Positions 20,001-29,514 of a stretch of 64,000 nt of DNA are shown in pieces. The stretch's first letter is position 1. Every line of letters begins with the position of its first letter. Under the pieces are notes generated by a model. That model did not search any database. It worked only from the letters and a program-made list of their open reading frames with translations, and was not told the DNA's origin. A program made the translations under genes and the position numbers. The DNA is from Patescibacteria group bacterium (GTDB taxonomy: Bacteria; Patescibacteriota; Patescibacteriia; Buchananbacterales; UBA6539), in assembly GCA_028688055.1 (NCBI GenBank), contig JAQTYZ010000001.1, forward strand, positions 242,910 through 306,909, given 5' to 3'.

Positions 20001-22057
20001 ATTACACTCTTAATTTTGTGTCGTTAGGATTTGGCGGTGAACTGGTCCTTCATTTTAACAATTTAATTGTTAATGGTGCCGGCGACGACCTGCAATTAGT
20101 TGAATCATCATATAAGCTAGTTGGCTCAGTCTATAGTAGCCCTGACTGTAGTAGCTACCCGGAGCAGGCTCAGGTTTTTGCTTCACAGGACGGCTCAAAT
20201 TGGGTTGAATTGGGTACTAAATGTTTAGATAGTACCTTTGATCTCGCTTCATTACCGTGGGCTAGTTATGTTAAAATTGTTGATGCCTCTAATAAAAATT
20301 CAACATATTTCCCAGCCGATGCTGATGGTTTTGATGTTGACGGCATCAAGGCGCTAAATTGTTCATCAGGTTATGAGACTATTTCAACCCAGGTAACTGA
20401 TGAAGATGGTAACTATTGTTTCAGCGATATTAACCCTGGCGATTATCGCGTCCAGGAAGAAATGCAAAACGGCTGGGTTAATTCGACTCCATTTTATCAA
20501 GATGTAACCGCCGGCCGAGGCGATAGTCTGGAAGTTAACTTTGGCAATAAGACAAGTCAGCCAGTCCAACCAGGTAGTATTTGTGGGTATAAATTCGAAG
20601 ATAATAATCAGAATGGCTTATTTGATGGCAGCGAATTCGGCATTCCAGGCTGGCGAATATTTGCCACCTCAACTGACTTATTTACTGACACAATAACTAA
20701 CGATGATGGTTATTACTGCTTTAATGGTTTAAGTAATGGCATCTTTGATGTTTTTGAGGAAATTGTGTCAGGTTGGGCAACAACAACCGCTGCCACTAGC
20801 ACCATCAACCTTATTGATGTTGGTGTTAATAATATCAATTTTGGAAATTTCCGGTGTGTGGATAATGATGATGATGGATATTATATCGGTGGTGGTAATT
20901 GCGGACCGATTGACTGCAATGATGATAATTCAAACATTAACCCAGGTGCCGCTGAGGTATGTGACGAACTTGATAATAATTGCAACGCCCAGATTGATGA
21001 AGGTGGCGTCTGCGAAGAGCCGACAACCGAATGTACTTCGGGCGCTGTCCAATCATGTGGTTCAAGTGAAGTTGGCGAATGTCAATTAGGAACAAAAACT
21101 TGTGACGAAACCGGACACTGGGGATCATGCGTTGGTTCTGTTGAGCCAACCTCGGAAATCTGCGACGAAAAAGATAATAATTGTAACGGCCAAACTGATG
21201 AAGACAATATCTGCCAAGGTCCAAGCGTAACTACCACCGGAACCGGTGGTGGCGGCGGTGGTGGAATTTCCACCCTGTATATCCATAATGAAGCGCTTCA
21301 GGATGGAACCACAAATTCAATAACCATTACCTGGTTTACCAACATACCGGCCGATAGTCGAATTGTTTATGACACTGTTTCTCACCCCATACTTGGTTTT
21401 GCACCAAACTATGATTATCAGTGGTCGACAAATACGTATGATGATTCATCACTTGTTACCTTCCATACGGTTATTATCACCGGTCTCAATTCAGGCACAA
21501 CCTATTACTTCCGGCCTTTGTCAGCTGATTCTTCAAATCACGCCAACGGTATTGAATTAAGTTATTTCACCTCTAACGGCAATGACGAAAATCAGCCAGA
21601 AGGCAATCCTCCAACAAACACTAACAGTAATACTAATGCCAACACCAATACTAACCAGGGGATAGTTCTTGGAGTATCAACCGAAAATAACAGCGCCGGA
21701 AATGGCACGGTTGCTGGTGAAGAATATGTGGAGCCAACTTCATCATCAACGCCAACTACGACGCCTGAAGTTATTGAAACAGGCAAAACTGAAGAAACTC
21801 CCCAGAATTGCTCACTATACATATTAATTCTGCTACTACTTAACATTATCACGGCGGCCTTTGCTGGCTATCGTTCAAGGGATAACAAGAATAATGTTAT
21901 TAAAAATCTCTGGTGGTTAGTTGGAATACTAGCTGTTTTGCCAGTCATTATTTGGTACCCAGCCTGTTGGCTAACTTGGTGGCTTGTTATTACTCTTATT
22001 GCCTCAATTGTGGCTGTTGCAATTGGAAACGATGGTCAACAAAATCAAAACAGTTAA
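17075..22057 (+). CDS. Giant Cys-rich cell-surface protein: signal peptide, PKD, DUF4215/Myxococcus Cys repeats, 2x PA14, SdrD-B-like, MopE-like Cys repeats, Fn3-like, C-terminal TM anchor
   Basis: VDWGDG...HSYTSSGTY (PKD); CGNG..E.GEQCDD.N...GDGCS repeats; RSDDDSW..IFFAERH twice (PA14/fibro-slime); GYKFEDNNQNG...TNDDGYYCF (SdrD-B); DCND...INPGAAEVCD..DNNC; hydrophobic C-terminus. Confidence 0.9.
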   Translation: MVNKKLVKPAWNFFSWFMIVMTVVPFSAISISPRAAQASTGVVLFQDDFESGLASWTSDSGTVGTDDSSSYRRSCPGDFSSCGVDAQNDYLYFQNDAEIIKTINTTGYTDATFSYWRRGVGLSSNDRFETAWRIGTSGSWTPLESDKDSTWTKKTFVLSGSADQTAIQIRLRLTNAESSDKALFDDIQTVADDLTQPGIQITTINNGQPDDFSCPNNPPSNPITLSGSGAGSTPPGLIEQYKVQVDWGDGNVENDLGVFTPSSGHGNFTFTFTASAHSYTSSGTYTVKARLYHQAAPGNDGDADAVTTFETCATVISCGDGIKNGSEECDGTDGIGTHQSCSQDCTLVSEPYCGDSIVNGTEQCDAGPNGSDTCSTDCTTIDQQPVAVCGNGAIEDGEQCDDSNTTNGDGCSNVCQLEVLQCEEITSQENGWFGQYYNYFATDFGMNVQSIYWPDSNHGDPLSVNQAFDADWYQSNHFRFSRVDSSIDFGDNFFPFDIAPESATPDDIENGHDFHFGVHWSGIVHVDNPGEYIYTVRSDDDSWIYVDGVLINNDLQGIHAPTATSGSMLLTGDNVVDIYFAERHRSESAFSFNFDSEGVSIKPYSKDCPECGNYVTDGQEECDAGPNGSATCSVECTISICGNGRVEYGEQCDDNNTVNGDGCSNVCQLEVLQCEDIPGDNNGWFGQYYNYFATLFGMNVQDIYWPDSNHGDPLSVNQAFDADWYTAPYFRFSRIDSSINFGDNFFPFDIAPESADSDDIENGHDFHFGVHWQATAHVNTPGEYSYTMRSDDDSWVYLNGALVNDDLNGIHAPSATSGTMYLDGSDNIDIFFAERHRSQSAFSFNFDGEDVTLTPVNNQCVENPVCGNGAVEQGEQCDDGNTTSGDGCSDLCQLESITTNICGFKWNDSDGNQSFDEGESKLANWTIDLLKFGICQADDEWADDIISYTPGTRKNGTPVTVERSDASNALGVAENNYTLNFVSLGFGGELVLHFNNLIVNGAGDDLQLVESSYKLVGSVYSSPDCSSYPEQAQVFASQDGSNWVELGTKCLDSTFDLASLPWASYVKIVDASNKNSTYFPADADGFDVDGIKALNCSSGYETISTQVTDEDGNYCFSDINPGDYRVQEEMQNGWVNSTPFYQDVTAGRGDSLEVNFGNKTSQPVQPGSICGYKFEDNNQNGLFDGSEFGIPGWRIFATSTDLFTDTITNDDGYYCFNGLSNGIFDVFEEIVSGWATTTAATSTINLIDVGVNNINFGNFRCVDNDDDGYYIGGGNCGPIDCNDDNSNINPGAAEVCDELDNNCNAQIDEGGVCEEPTTECTSGAVQSCGSSEVGECQLGTKTCDETGHWGSCVGSVEPTSEICDEKDNNCNGQTDEDNICQGPSVTTTGTGGGGGGGISTLYIHNEALQDGTTNSITITWFTNIPADSRIVYDTVSHPILGFAPNYDYQWSTNTYDDSSLVTFHTVIITGLNSGTTYYFRPLSADSSNHANGIELSYFTSNGNDENQPEGNPPTNTNSNTNANTNTNQGIVLGVSTENNSAGNGTVAGEEYVEPTSSSTPTTTPEVIETGKTEETPQNCSLYILILLLLNIITAAFAGYRSRDNKNNVIKNLWWLVGILAVLPVIIWYPACWLTWWLVITLIASIVAVAIGNDGQQNQNS
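18236..19640 (+). repeat. Intragenic tandem duplication with 756-bp (252-aa) period (Cys repeat + PA14 module)
   Basis: 18292-18342 is identical to 19048-19098 (51 bp); 18424-18492 matches 19180-19248 with one mismatch. Confidence 0.9.
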
Positions 22058-22081
22058 TAAATCGTTGATACTAAACTAAAC

Positions 22082-22111
22082 CAAAAGCCCCCGCGTTAAC
22101 GGGGGCTTTTG
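22082..22111 (+). terminator. Intrinsic terminator
   Basis: CAAAAGCCCCCG-CGTTAA-CGGGGGCTTTTG. Confidence 0.75.
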
Positions 22112-22164
22112 ACAAAGTAGAAATCTTATGTTATAATAAAGTAAGATAATAATTGCTGAACATT

Positions 22165-23364
22165 ATGTTTAATAAAAAAAATCAGCAGAATAAAGATACA
22201 ATCAGTTTTTGGGCTAAATTTAGCCTAATTATGATTGTCCTACAAGCAATTGGTGGGGTATTAATATTTTTAATCAATCCGAAGCGCTGGCTGCGTTTTT
22301 TTAAAAAACAAAAAAAGGAGATAAATGATCTTACGGATGGTAAAGAAGGGACAAAGGATTTTCTTCTAAATTCTAGTGTATTGCTAAAGGATTTGTTCAT
22401 TCCGCATTTAGGCAATGGTCATAAACCTAAAATTTTGAGGCCAAAGAGCCTACTGACATTTGCTGTTTCGGCAATAATTATTAAAGCGGCGGTAACTGGT
22501 TTTCTGTTTTTTACTTATCCGACGCCAGCCGAATTATCAGCCATAATGACCAGCAATATGATCGCGCTGATTAATGACGCGAGAAATGATGCCGGTGCTG
22601 AGCCGTTACGAGAAAATTTGATGTTAGATGAATACGCAAAACAAAAGGGGACAGACATGATCAGTCGAGGTTATTTTGCTCATGATACGCCGGATGGAAA
22701 AAGACCATGGGAGTGGATTGATCGAACGGATTATGATTATGTTTATGCTGGTGAAAATCTGGCGATGGACTTTATCTCGGCCGAGGTTGTTCAGGACGCT
22801 TTTATGAAAAGCCCTGGCCATCGACGTAATATCTTAAATCCTAAGTATAAAGATGTTGGAATTGCGGTTTTGAATGGTAAATTAGGTGGTCATGAAACCA
22901 CTTTATTAGTCGAGTTTTTTGGTACGGAACGAAAAGATTTGTCTTCGCTGGTGGCAGTTAATAAAGCTCCATCAGCTAAGACAACCGTTACTCAACCCAA
23001 TCCTAGTACCCCCGTCCAACCAATGGTAATTTCCAATACCAACGCCAGTAATCCAAATGTCAATAATAATTTAGTACCCGAAAATGTTCAGTCGGCAAAC
23101 ACGGAGGCTCTTATTGTCGTTGCACCCAACCAATCTTCAAATTCGGACTTAATTAATTTTGTTATTGAATACTCAAATATTTTTTTCATCGCCTTTCTTA
23201 TCTTTATGTTGATATCGCTGATACTAAATATTGTTATTAAATTTAGAATTCAGCATCCGGCGTTGATTTTACAAAGCGTGGTGGTTATCGCCCTAATGGC
23301 GGCCATGGTTTTGGTCAAGTTCCATTTTGCCGAAACAATCTCACCCCATTTGCTCATTTTATAG
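22165..23364 (+). CDS. CAP/SCP domain membrane protein
   Basis: INDARN, KGTDMISRGYFAH, AGENLA, FMKSPGHRRNIL; TM segments at both ends. ATG at 22165. Confidence 0.88.
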   Translation: MFNKKNQQNKDTISFWAKFSLIMIVLQAIGGVLIFLINPKRWLRFFKKQKKEINDLTDGKEGTKDFLLNSSVLLKDLFIPHLGNGHKPKILRPKSLLTFAVSAIIIKAAVTGFLFFTYPTPAELSAIMTSNMIALINDARNDAGAEPLRENLMLDEYAKQKGTDMISRGYFAHDTPDGKRPWEWIDRTDYDYVYAGENLAMDFISAEVVQDAFMKSPGHRRNILNPKYKDVGIAVLNGKLGGHETTLLVEFFGTERKDLSSLVAVNKAPSAKTTVTQPNPSTPVQPMVISNTNASNPNVNNNLVPENVQSANTEALIVVAPNQSSNSDLINFVIEYSNIFFIAFLIFMLISLILNIVIKFRIQHPALILQSVVVIALMAAMVLVKFHFAETISPHLLIL

Positions 23365-23430
23365 AATTTAGCAGGCCAAACCGGCGGTCAGCCGGTTTTT
23401 TTGTTTGGTTTTTTGTGATATAATGTAACC

Positions 23431-24960
23431 ATGAAAACAACGAAAACAACACCATCAGAACTGACTAATTTGGAGGAAATTAAGCGTAATTTTATCACCA
23501 TTGCCTCTCATCAACTCCGAACGCCGATTTCAGCTATTCGTTGGTCACTTGATACTTTGCTTGACGGCAAAAATGGCAAATTGACAGTCAGTCAGCGCGA
23601 AGTTATTAAAGATGCCTATCAGAATAATAATTATATGGCGCGAGTTGTGACGGAACTTCTAAAAGTGTCGCGCATTGAGCAGGATGGCGTTGAGTTGCGG
23701 CCACAGGTTGTAAACTTTGTAGCAATTGTTAAAAAAGTAATTAAACAAAATAAGGATTTAGCAAAAGCGCTTAATTGCGGCATTGAATTTTCGGTGCCAC
23801 AGAGTAACTTCAAAATTAATATTGATCCGCTTCAAATTGAATCAGTGGTAAACGCTTTACTATTCAACTCATTGTCTTATAGCCGTGGTCACGGCAAAAT
23901 TAAAATATCACTCAAAAAAGATAACGAGTTTATCATTTTTAAAATTGAGGATAATGGCATCGGAATTAGCTTATCGGAACAAGCGCGAGTTTTTACTAAA
24001 TTTTTTCGAGGTAAAAATGCCCTCAAAGTACAAACCGAAGGGCTGGGGCTTGATCTTTACCTGGCCAATAAAGTTATTAAGGCCTCCGGTGGTAAAATTA
24101 ATTTTACCACTCGGGAAAATCGGGGTACCACCTTTACGGTTTATCTGCCGCTGAAACCTAATAACTCTGAATCTAAAGTACCCGAGGAACCTCAGGATAT
24201 TTTAAAAAAAGAACGAGAATTTGTTTCTTTAACAGTTCATGAATTAAAAGCGCCACTTGGGGTCAGTCGTTGGAGCCTCGAATTGTTAAAAAGTGAAAAA
24301 CCAGGTAAGCTGACCCCCGAACAGCGCGAATTAATTGATCATATCTACCGCGGCAATGAGCGACTGCTTATCTTGGTCAATGATTTGTTGAATTTAGCTA
24401 AACTTCAGCAGGGGACATTTGAAATTGATCTGAAAAAGATCAATTTGGTTGATTTAATTAGTGAGGCGATTTCAACTTTCAAACTTCAAGCTGAAAGTAA
24501 AAACATCACGATTTCTTTAGCTGGGTCGACCACAAAATTTATCGCTAAAGCTGACCCGAACCGTATGCTTCAAGTTTTTAGTAATTTGTTATCAAACGCC
24601 ATAAAATATACCCAAGTCAACGGAAAAATAGATGTTTTGTTGACCAAAAAAACCGGTAGCGAATTGCTTAAAATTAGCAGTCGCTCAAAGACCGCCGGCA
24701 TTTCAAATGTTAATAACTCTCAAGGTTATGTCGTCGTATCGGTTAAAGATAATGGAATGGGAATTTCTGAAGCAGATCAAAAAAAGATGTTTAGCCGTTT
24801 TTTCCGAAGTCGCAATGTTTTGAAGTCAAAAATAGAGGGAACGGGTCTAGGTTTATTCATTACTAAATCAATTTTAAATTTACATCAAGGGGATATTTGG
24901 TTTGATAGTCAATTAAAAAAAGGGTCAACTTTTAATTTTAGTTTGCCGTTAGCTAAATAA
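23431..24960 (+). CDS. Cytoplasmic histidine kinase with two tandem HisKA-HATPase modules and no sensor domain
   Basis: H-boxes ASHQLRTP and TVHELKAP; N-boxes ALLFNSLSY and NLLSNAIKY; DNGIGI/DNGMGI; GLGLDL/GTGLGL. Confidence 0.9.
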   Translation: MKTTKTTPSELTNLEEIKRNFITIASHQLRTPISAIRWSLDTLLDGKNGKLTVSQREVIKDAYQNNNYMARVVTELLKVSRIEQDGVELRPQVVNFVAIVKKVIKQNKDLAKALNCGIEFSVPQSNFKINIDPLQIESVVNALLFNSLSYSRGHGKIKISLKKDNEFIIFKIEDNGIGISLSEQARVFTKFFRGKNALKVQTEGLGLDLYLANKVIKASGGKINFTTRENRGTTFTVYLPLKPNNSESKVPEEPQDILKKEREFVSLTVHELKAPLGVSRWSLELLKSEKPGKLTPEQRELIDHIYRGNERLLILVNDLLNLAKLQQGTFEIDLKKINLVDLISEAISTFKLQAESKNITISLAGSTTKFIAKADPNRMLQVFSNLLSNAIKYTQVNGKIDVLLTKKTGSELLKISSRSKTAGISNVNNSQGYVVVSVKDNGMGISEADQKKMFSRFFRSRNVLKSKIEGTGLGLFITKSILNLHQGDIWFDSQLKKGSTFNFSLPLAK

Positions 24961-24962
24961 AT

Positions 24963-25985
24963 ATGGTGAAAAAAAATAAAAAATATTTTGACGTCATTTC
25001 AATTGGTGGGGCATCTCGTGACTACACCTTTTATACTGATAAAGGAAAAATAATTTCGACGCCCCAAAACTTAACATCACAAAAAATGTTAGCCTTTGAG
25101 TACGGCGGTAAAATTCATTCACCGGAAGCCTATGTTAATTTTGGTGGTGGTGGTGCCAATACGGCCGTCTCTTTTGCCAAGTTAGGATTAAGGACGAGCA
25201 CGCTTTTAGCGGTCGGTGATGATGATTCTGGGAAGGCCATTATTGAAAATTTGAAAAAATATAAAATTGATAGCTGGCGAGTACAAATTGATAAAAAACG
25301 CTCAACTGGTTTTTCATTTCTAATATGTGTCGATCGCAAGGATCATGATCATATCGCCTTTGTCTATAGTGGCGCCAGCAAGGGATTTTTGCTGAATCCA
25401 AAAAGCACCAACGATTTGAGTTCGAGGTGGATTTATATCGCGCCGTTATCACACGAAAATGCCTCAAAAAATTTAAAAATTATTTTTGATTCGGCAAAAA
25501 AAAATAGTATGATGGTTGCTTGGAATCCCGGAACGACCCAAATTCAAACCGGCAAAAGATTAATTGGGCCATATTTAAAATATACTGATGTCTTAATATT
25601 GAATAAGGATGAAGCTATCGAGCTGGTCTTGTCCGGTGTCCGACTTGGCAGAAAAAATCCCAATCACTTAAATCGGCCCGTTTATTTACTCAATATTTTA
25701 GGTGAATGGGGGGCTAAAATAGTTGTCATTACTGACGGTAAAAAAGGCTCTTGGGCTTATGATGGAAAAAAAATCTACCATCAGAAATCAGTCAGGTCAA
25801 AAGCCATTGATACCACGGGGGCCGGTGACGCTTTTGGTTCAGGTTTTATCGCTGGCTTGATTTTAAAAAATGGGGCGCTTCAGTCTGCACTCAAGTTAGC
25901 GGCGGTAAATAGTGCCTCAGTTGTTGGTGAAATTGGTGCTCAAAATGGTCTATTGACTATTAATAAAATTAATAATAAGTTGTAA
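24963..25985 (+). CDS. PfkB family carbohydrate kinase
   Basis: GGGGANTAV, WNPG, ILNKDEA, DTTGAGDAF. Confidence 0.92.
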   Translation: MVKKNKKYFDVISIGGASRDYTFYTDKGKIISTPQNLTSQKMLAFEYGGKIHSPEAYVNFGGGGANTAVSFAKLGLRTSTLLAVGDDDSGKAIIENLKKYKIDSWRVQIDKKRSTGFSFLICVDRKDHDHIAFVYSGASKGFLLNPKSTNDLSSRWIYIAPLSHENASKNLKIIFDSAKKNSMMVAWNPGTTQIQTGKRLIGPYLKYTDVLILNKDEAIELVLSGVRLGRKNPNHLNRPVYLLNILGEWGAKIVVITDGKKGSWAYDGKKIYHQKSVRSKAIDTTGAGDAFGSGFIAGLILKNGALQSALKLAAVNSASVVGEIGAQNGLLTINKINNKL

Positions 25986-25991
25986 TTTATT

Positions 25992-26078
25992 ATGAATGAT
26001 TATCAAATGTGGTTTGTCCTTGGAGCCGTATTCATCGGCGTCGTCGCGGCTTTGATTATAAAATCAAAACTTGAATAG
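25992..26078 (+). CDS. Putative 28-aa single-TM microprotein
   Basis: MNDYQMWFVLGAVFIGVVAALIIKSKLE*; fills the pfkB-murJ gap in the same orientation. Confidence 0.55.
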   Translation: MNDYQMWFVLGAVFIGVVAALIIKSKLE

Positions 26079-26095
26079 ATCAGCAATAAATAAAA

Positions 26096-27703
26096 ATGTT
26101 AGGTAAATTTTTTAACCGGCAGTCTCAGACAATTACGTCGGCCGCTATTGTGTTGGGAGCGGCTTCTTTGTTGTCACGGTTATTAGGCGTGCTTCGAGAC
26201 AGAATATTGGCCGGTCAGTTTGGCGCTGGTCGAGAATTAGATATGTATTATGCGGCTTTTAGAATTCCTGATTTAATATTTAATCTCTTGGTCGTCGGTG
26301 CTTTGTCAGCCGGATTGATTCCGGTTTTAACCAAATCACTGGGCAACTCCAAAAAAACCTGGGAAATTGTCAATATTTCGTTGAATGTCTTGTGTTTTGT
26401 GCTAGTTCTATTTGGCTTACTAATATTTATTTTAGCCGATTGGGTGATGAAAATTATTACCCCTGGTTTTTCTGCGCCCGACATTCACATCGCCGCTAAT
26501 TTAACCAGAATTATGATGTTAAGTCCGATGTTTTTAGGAATGTCTGGAATATTTGGCAGTGTCCTGCAGTCTTATAAACGATTTTTTTTGTATTCGATTG
26601 CGCCAATTATGTACAATATCGGAATTATGATTGGCGCTTTATTCTTGGCGGAATATTTTGGTATTTACGGTTTAGCGCTGGGAGTTGTGCTCGGAACGGT
26701 TTTGCATATGTCAATTCAACTGCCCGCTGTTGTAGCTCTAGGTTTCAAGTATCAGCCTATTTTTGACCTGACAAACACGGAGTTTAGAAAAATTGTTAAG
26801 CTAATGGTTCCTCGAACAATGGGTCTAATAATTTCCCAAGTTAATTTTTTAGTCGTTACTATCCTAGGTTCAACTCTCGCGGCGGGTAGTATCGCGATTT
26901 TCAGTTTCGCCAACAATATTCAAAGTTTTCCGCTTGGCATATTTGCTATTTCCTTTGCCGTGGCCGTGTTTCCAACGTTATCACAGCTAGCTGAACAAAA
27001 AAAGGAATTTATTAATACGCTATCTTTGGCTGTTAGACAAATTTTATTTTTAATAATTCCATCATCAGCTTTACTTATTGTCTTAAGGGCACAAGTTGTT
27101 CGGGTGGCGCTGGGAACCGGCCGCTTTGATTGGCAGGACACTGTTTTAACTTTAGAAACCGTAGCACTATTTGCCTTTAGTTTATTTGCTCAGGCCCTAG
27201 TGGCTGTTTTTGTTCGGGCCTTTTATGCTCAAAACGACAGCCGAACTCCCTTTTTTATTGGTCTTATTTCCGAAATATTTAACTTAGGGTTGGCGGTAAT
27301 GTTAATTAAAACTTCGGGCGTGGCCGGGTTGGCACTGGCTTTTTCGCTGGCCAACATTTTGAATTTGGTTTTGCTTATTTTGGCTCTGCATTATCGTATG
27401 GGTAAATTAGATGGCCATCAGGTAACTGTTTCGGTAACCAAGATTGTCATTGCAACCAGTTTATTGGTCTTAGTGGCTCAGGCGGTTAAATATCCGATGG
27501 AACAATATTTTGGCACAGTGACACTGTTTGGCGTTTTTCTTCAGGCGACCGTCGCGACCGTCGCCGGGGGCGGTACCTATCTGTTAATTTGTTTATTACT
27601 CAAAAGTGAAGAAGCGTTATTATTTATTAACTCATTTAAACGTAAATTTTTAAAGAATTCGATATTGCCCGAAGAAATAATTGAAAATGATAAATTGGTA
27701 TGA
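26096..27703 (+). CDS. murJ: Lipid II flippase MurJ
   Basis: SRLLGVLRD, AAFRIPD, GALSAGLIPV, RAFYAQNDSRTP. Confidence 0.95.
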   Translation: MLGKFFNRQSQTITSAAIVLGAASLLSRLLGVLRDRILAGQFGAGRELDMYYAAFRIPDLIFNLLVVGALSAGLIPVLTKSLGNSKKTWEIVNISLNVLCFVLVLFGLLIFILADWVMKIITPGFSAPDIHIAANLTRIMMLSPMFLGMSGIFGSVLQSYKRFFLYSIAPIMYNIGIMIGALFLAEYFGIYGLALGVVLGTVLHMSIQLPAVVALGFKYQPIFDLTNTEFRKIVKLMVPRTMGLIISQVNFLVVTILGSTLAAGSIAIFSFANNIQSFPLGIFAISFAVAVFPTLSQLAEQKKEFINTLSLAVRQILFLIIPSSALLIVLRAQVVRVALGTGRFDWQDTVLTLETVALFAFSLFAQALVAVFVRAFYAQNDSRTPFFIGLISEIFNLGLAVMLIKTSGVAGLALAFSLANILNLVLLILALHYRMGKLDGHQVTVSVTKIVIATSLLVLVAQAVKYPMEQYFGTVTLFGVFLQATVATVAGGGTYLLICLLLKSEEALLFINSFKRKFLKNSILPEEIIENDKLV

Positions 27704-29475
27704 TAAAAAAACACATTAGAAATTTTTGCATCATTGCGCACATTGATCATGGCAAGTCAACTTTAGCCGATCGACTATTGGAATTTACTAATACCGTGAG
27801 TAAGCGCGAAATGAAGGAGCAACTTCTTGATCAAATGGATATTGAACGAGAAAGGGGAATCACCATCAAATTGCAACCGGCTCGAATGAGTTGGGAAAAT
27901 TATGAATTAAATTTAATTGATACTCCCGGTCATGTCGACTTTAGTTATGAGGTATCGCGATCGTTAGCGGCAGTGGAAGGAGCAATTTTATTAGTTGATG
28001 CGAGTCAGGGAGTCCAAGCCCAGACGGTTGCTAATTTATATTTAGCGATTGAACAAGGGCTGACGATCATTCCGGTGTTAAACAAAATTGATTTGCCTAA
28101 TGCCGATATTGAAAAATCCAGTCACGAAATATGCAAATTAACTGATTGCCAGCCTGAAGATGTTATTTTAGCTTCCGGCAAAACCGGTCAAGGAGTTGAG
28201 GACATTCTTAGGGCTATTATTGCCAAAGTTCCGCCACCTAAAGATTCCGGATCAGAGCCACTTCGGTCTCTCATTTTTGATTCTAACTATGATGAATTTC
28301 GAGGCATTGTCGCACAAATCAGAGTTGTCGATGGCACAATTAAAGCCGGTGATAAAGTTAAGTTTTTTTCAACTAATAAAGCCGCCGAAGTTCTGGAGGT
28401 AGGTTATTTTACTCCTAAATTAAAAAAGACTGATATCCTAGAGTCGGGTGAAATTGGCTATGTCGTCACAGGCTTAAAAGATATCCAATATTGTCGCGTT
28501 GGCGATACTATCTCGGCCACTGGGACGCAAATAAAGCCATTGGTAGGCTATCAAGAAGTTAAGCCAATGGTTTTCGCCGGCTTATTTTGCCGTGAAGGCA
28601 ATGAATTTCCTCAGTTACGAGAGGCGCTTGATAAATTAAAACTTAATGACGCGTCCTTAAGTTTTGAACCGGAAAATTCTCAGGCGCTGGGCTTTGGTTT
28701 CCGTTGTGGATTTCTTGGTTTATTGCACTTAGAAGTTGTCCAAGAACGATTAAACCGCGAATATGATTTGGACTTAGTAGTCACCGTGCCCAGTGTGGCC
28801 TACCGCGTGACTCAAACTGACGGCCAGACTTTAACAATTCACAGCCCGACCGAGTTACCGGCCAGTGAAAAAATTAGTTTGGTCGAAGAGCCGATTATGA
28901 ATGTCGATATTTTTTCGCCCAGACCGTACCTTGGGTCGTTGATGCAATTAGTGACACAAAAAAGAGGTGAGTATTTAAATACTGAATATTTGGACGAAAC
29001 CATTGCTGTTTTACATTATCGAGTGCCGTTGACATCGTTACTCGTCGATTTTTATGATAAATTAAAAAGTGTTTCAGCTGGTTACGCCTCATTAACTTAT
29101 GATTTTCACAAATATAGTTCGACTAATGTCGTCAGATTGGATATCTATGTCGCTGATGAAAAAGTTGAAGCTTTAAGTTCAATTGTCTATCGTGATGAAG
29201 CGTTTAGTGTTGGTAAAAAAATAGTTAATTCACTTAAGGATGTTTTGCCGCGCCAACAATTTGTGGTTAAAATTCAGGCGTCCATCGGCTCAAAAGTTAT
29301 TGCGGCTGAACGAATATCAGCGCTCCGTAAAGATGTCACCGCTAAGTTGTACGGCGGTGATTATTCTCGTAAGCGTAAACTGCTTGAAAAACAGAAAAAA
29401 GGTAAAAAGAAAATGATGCACCATGGCAAGGTCGATATCCCTTCGGAAGCTTTTTTGGCAGTTTTAAAAAAATAA
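27700..29475 (+). CDS. lepA: Elongation factor 4
   Basis: IRNFCIIAHIDHGKSTLADR, ERERGITIK, GFGFRCGFLGLLH, LYGGDYSRKRKLL. Confidence 0.98.
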   Translation: MIKKHIRNFCIIAHIDHGKSTLADRLLEFTNTVSKREMKEQLLDQMDIERERGITIKLQPARMSWENYELNLIDTPGHVDFSYEVSRSLAAVEGAILLVDASQGVQAQTVANLYLAIEQGLTIIPVLNKIDLPNADIEKSSHEICKLTDCQPEDVILASGKTGQGVEDILRAIIAKVPPPKDSGSEPLRSLIFDSNYDEFRGIVAQIRVVDGTIKAGDKVKFFSTNKAAEVLEVGYFTPKLKKTDILESGEIGYVVTGLKDIQYCRVGDTISATGTQIKPLVGYQEVKPMVFAGLFCREGNEFPQLREALDKLKLNDASLSFEPENSQALGFGFRCGFLGLLHLEVVQERLNREYDLDLVVTVPSVAYRVTQTDGQTLTIHSPTELPASEKISLVEEPIMNVDIFSPRPYLGSLMQLVTQKRGEYLNTEYLDETIAVLHYRVPLTSLLVDFYDKLKSVSAGYASLTYDFHKYSSTNVVRLDIYVADEKVEALSSIVYRDEAFSVGKKIVNSLKDVLPRQQFVVKIQASIGSKVIAAERISALRKDVTAKLYGGDYSRKRKLLEKQKKGKKKMMHHGKVDIPSEAFLAVLKK

Positions 29476-29507
29476 CTGGCCGCTGGCTAAAGCTAGTTAT
29501 TTTTTTT
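29466..29507. terminator. Bidirectional terminator between lepA and the convergent microprotein
   Basis: AATAACTGGC...GCTAGTTATT flanked by A and T tracts. Confidence 0.55.
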
Positions 29508-29514
29508 AATATGC

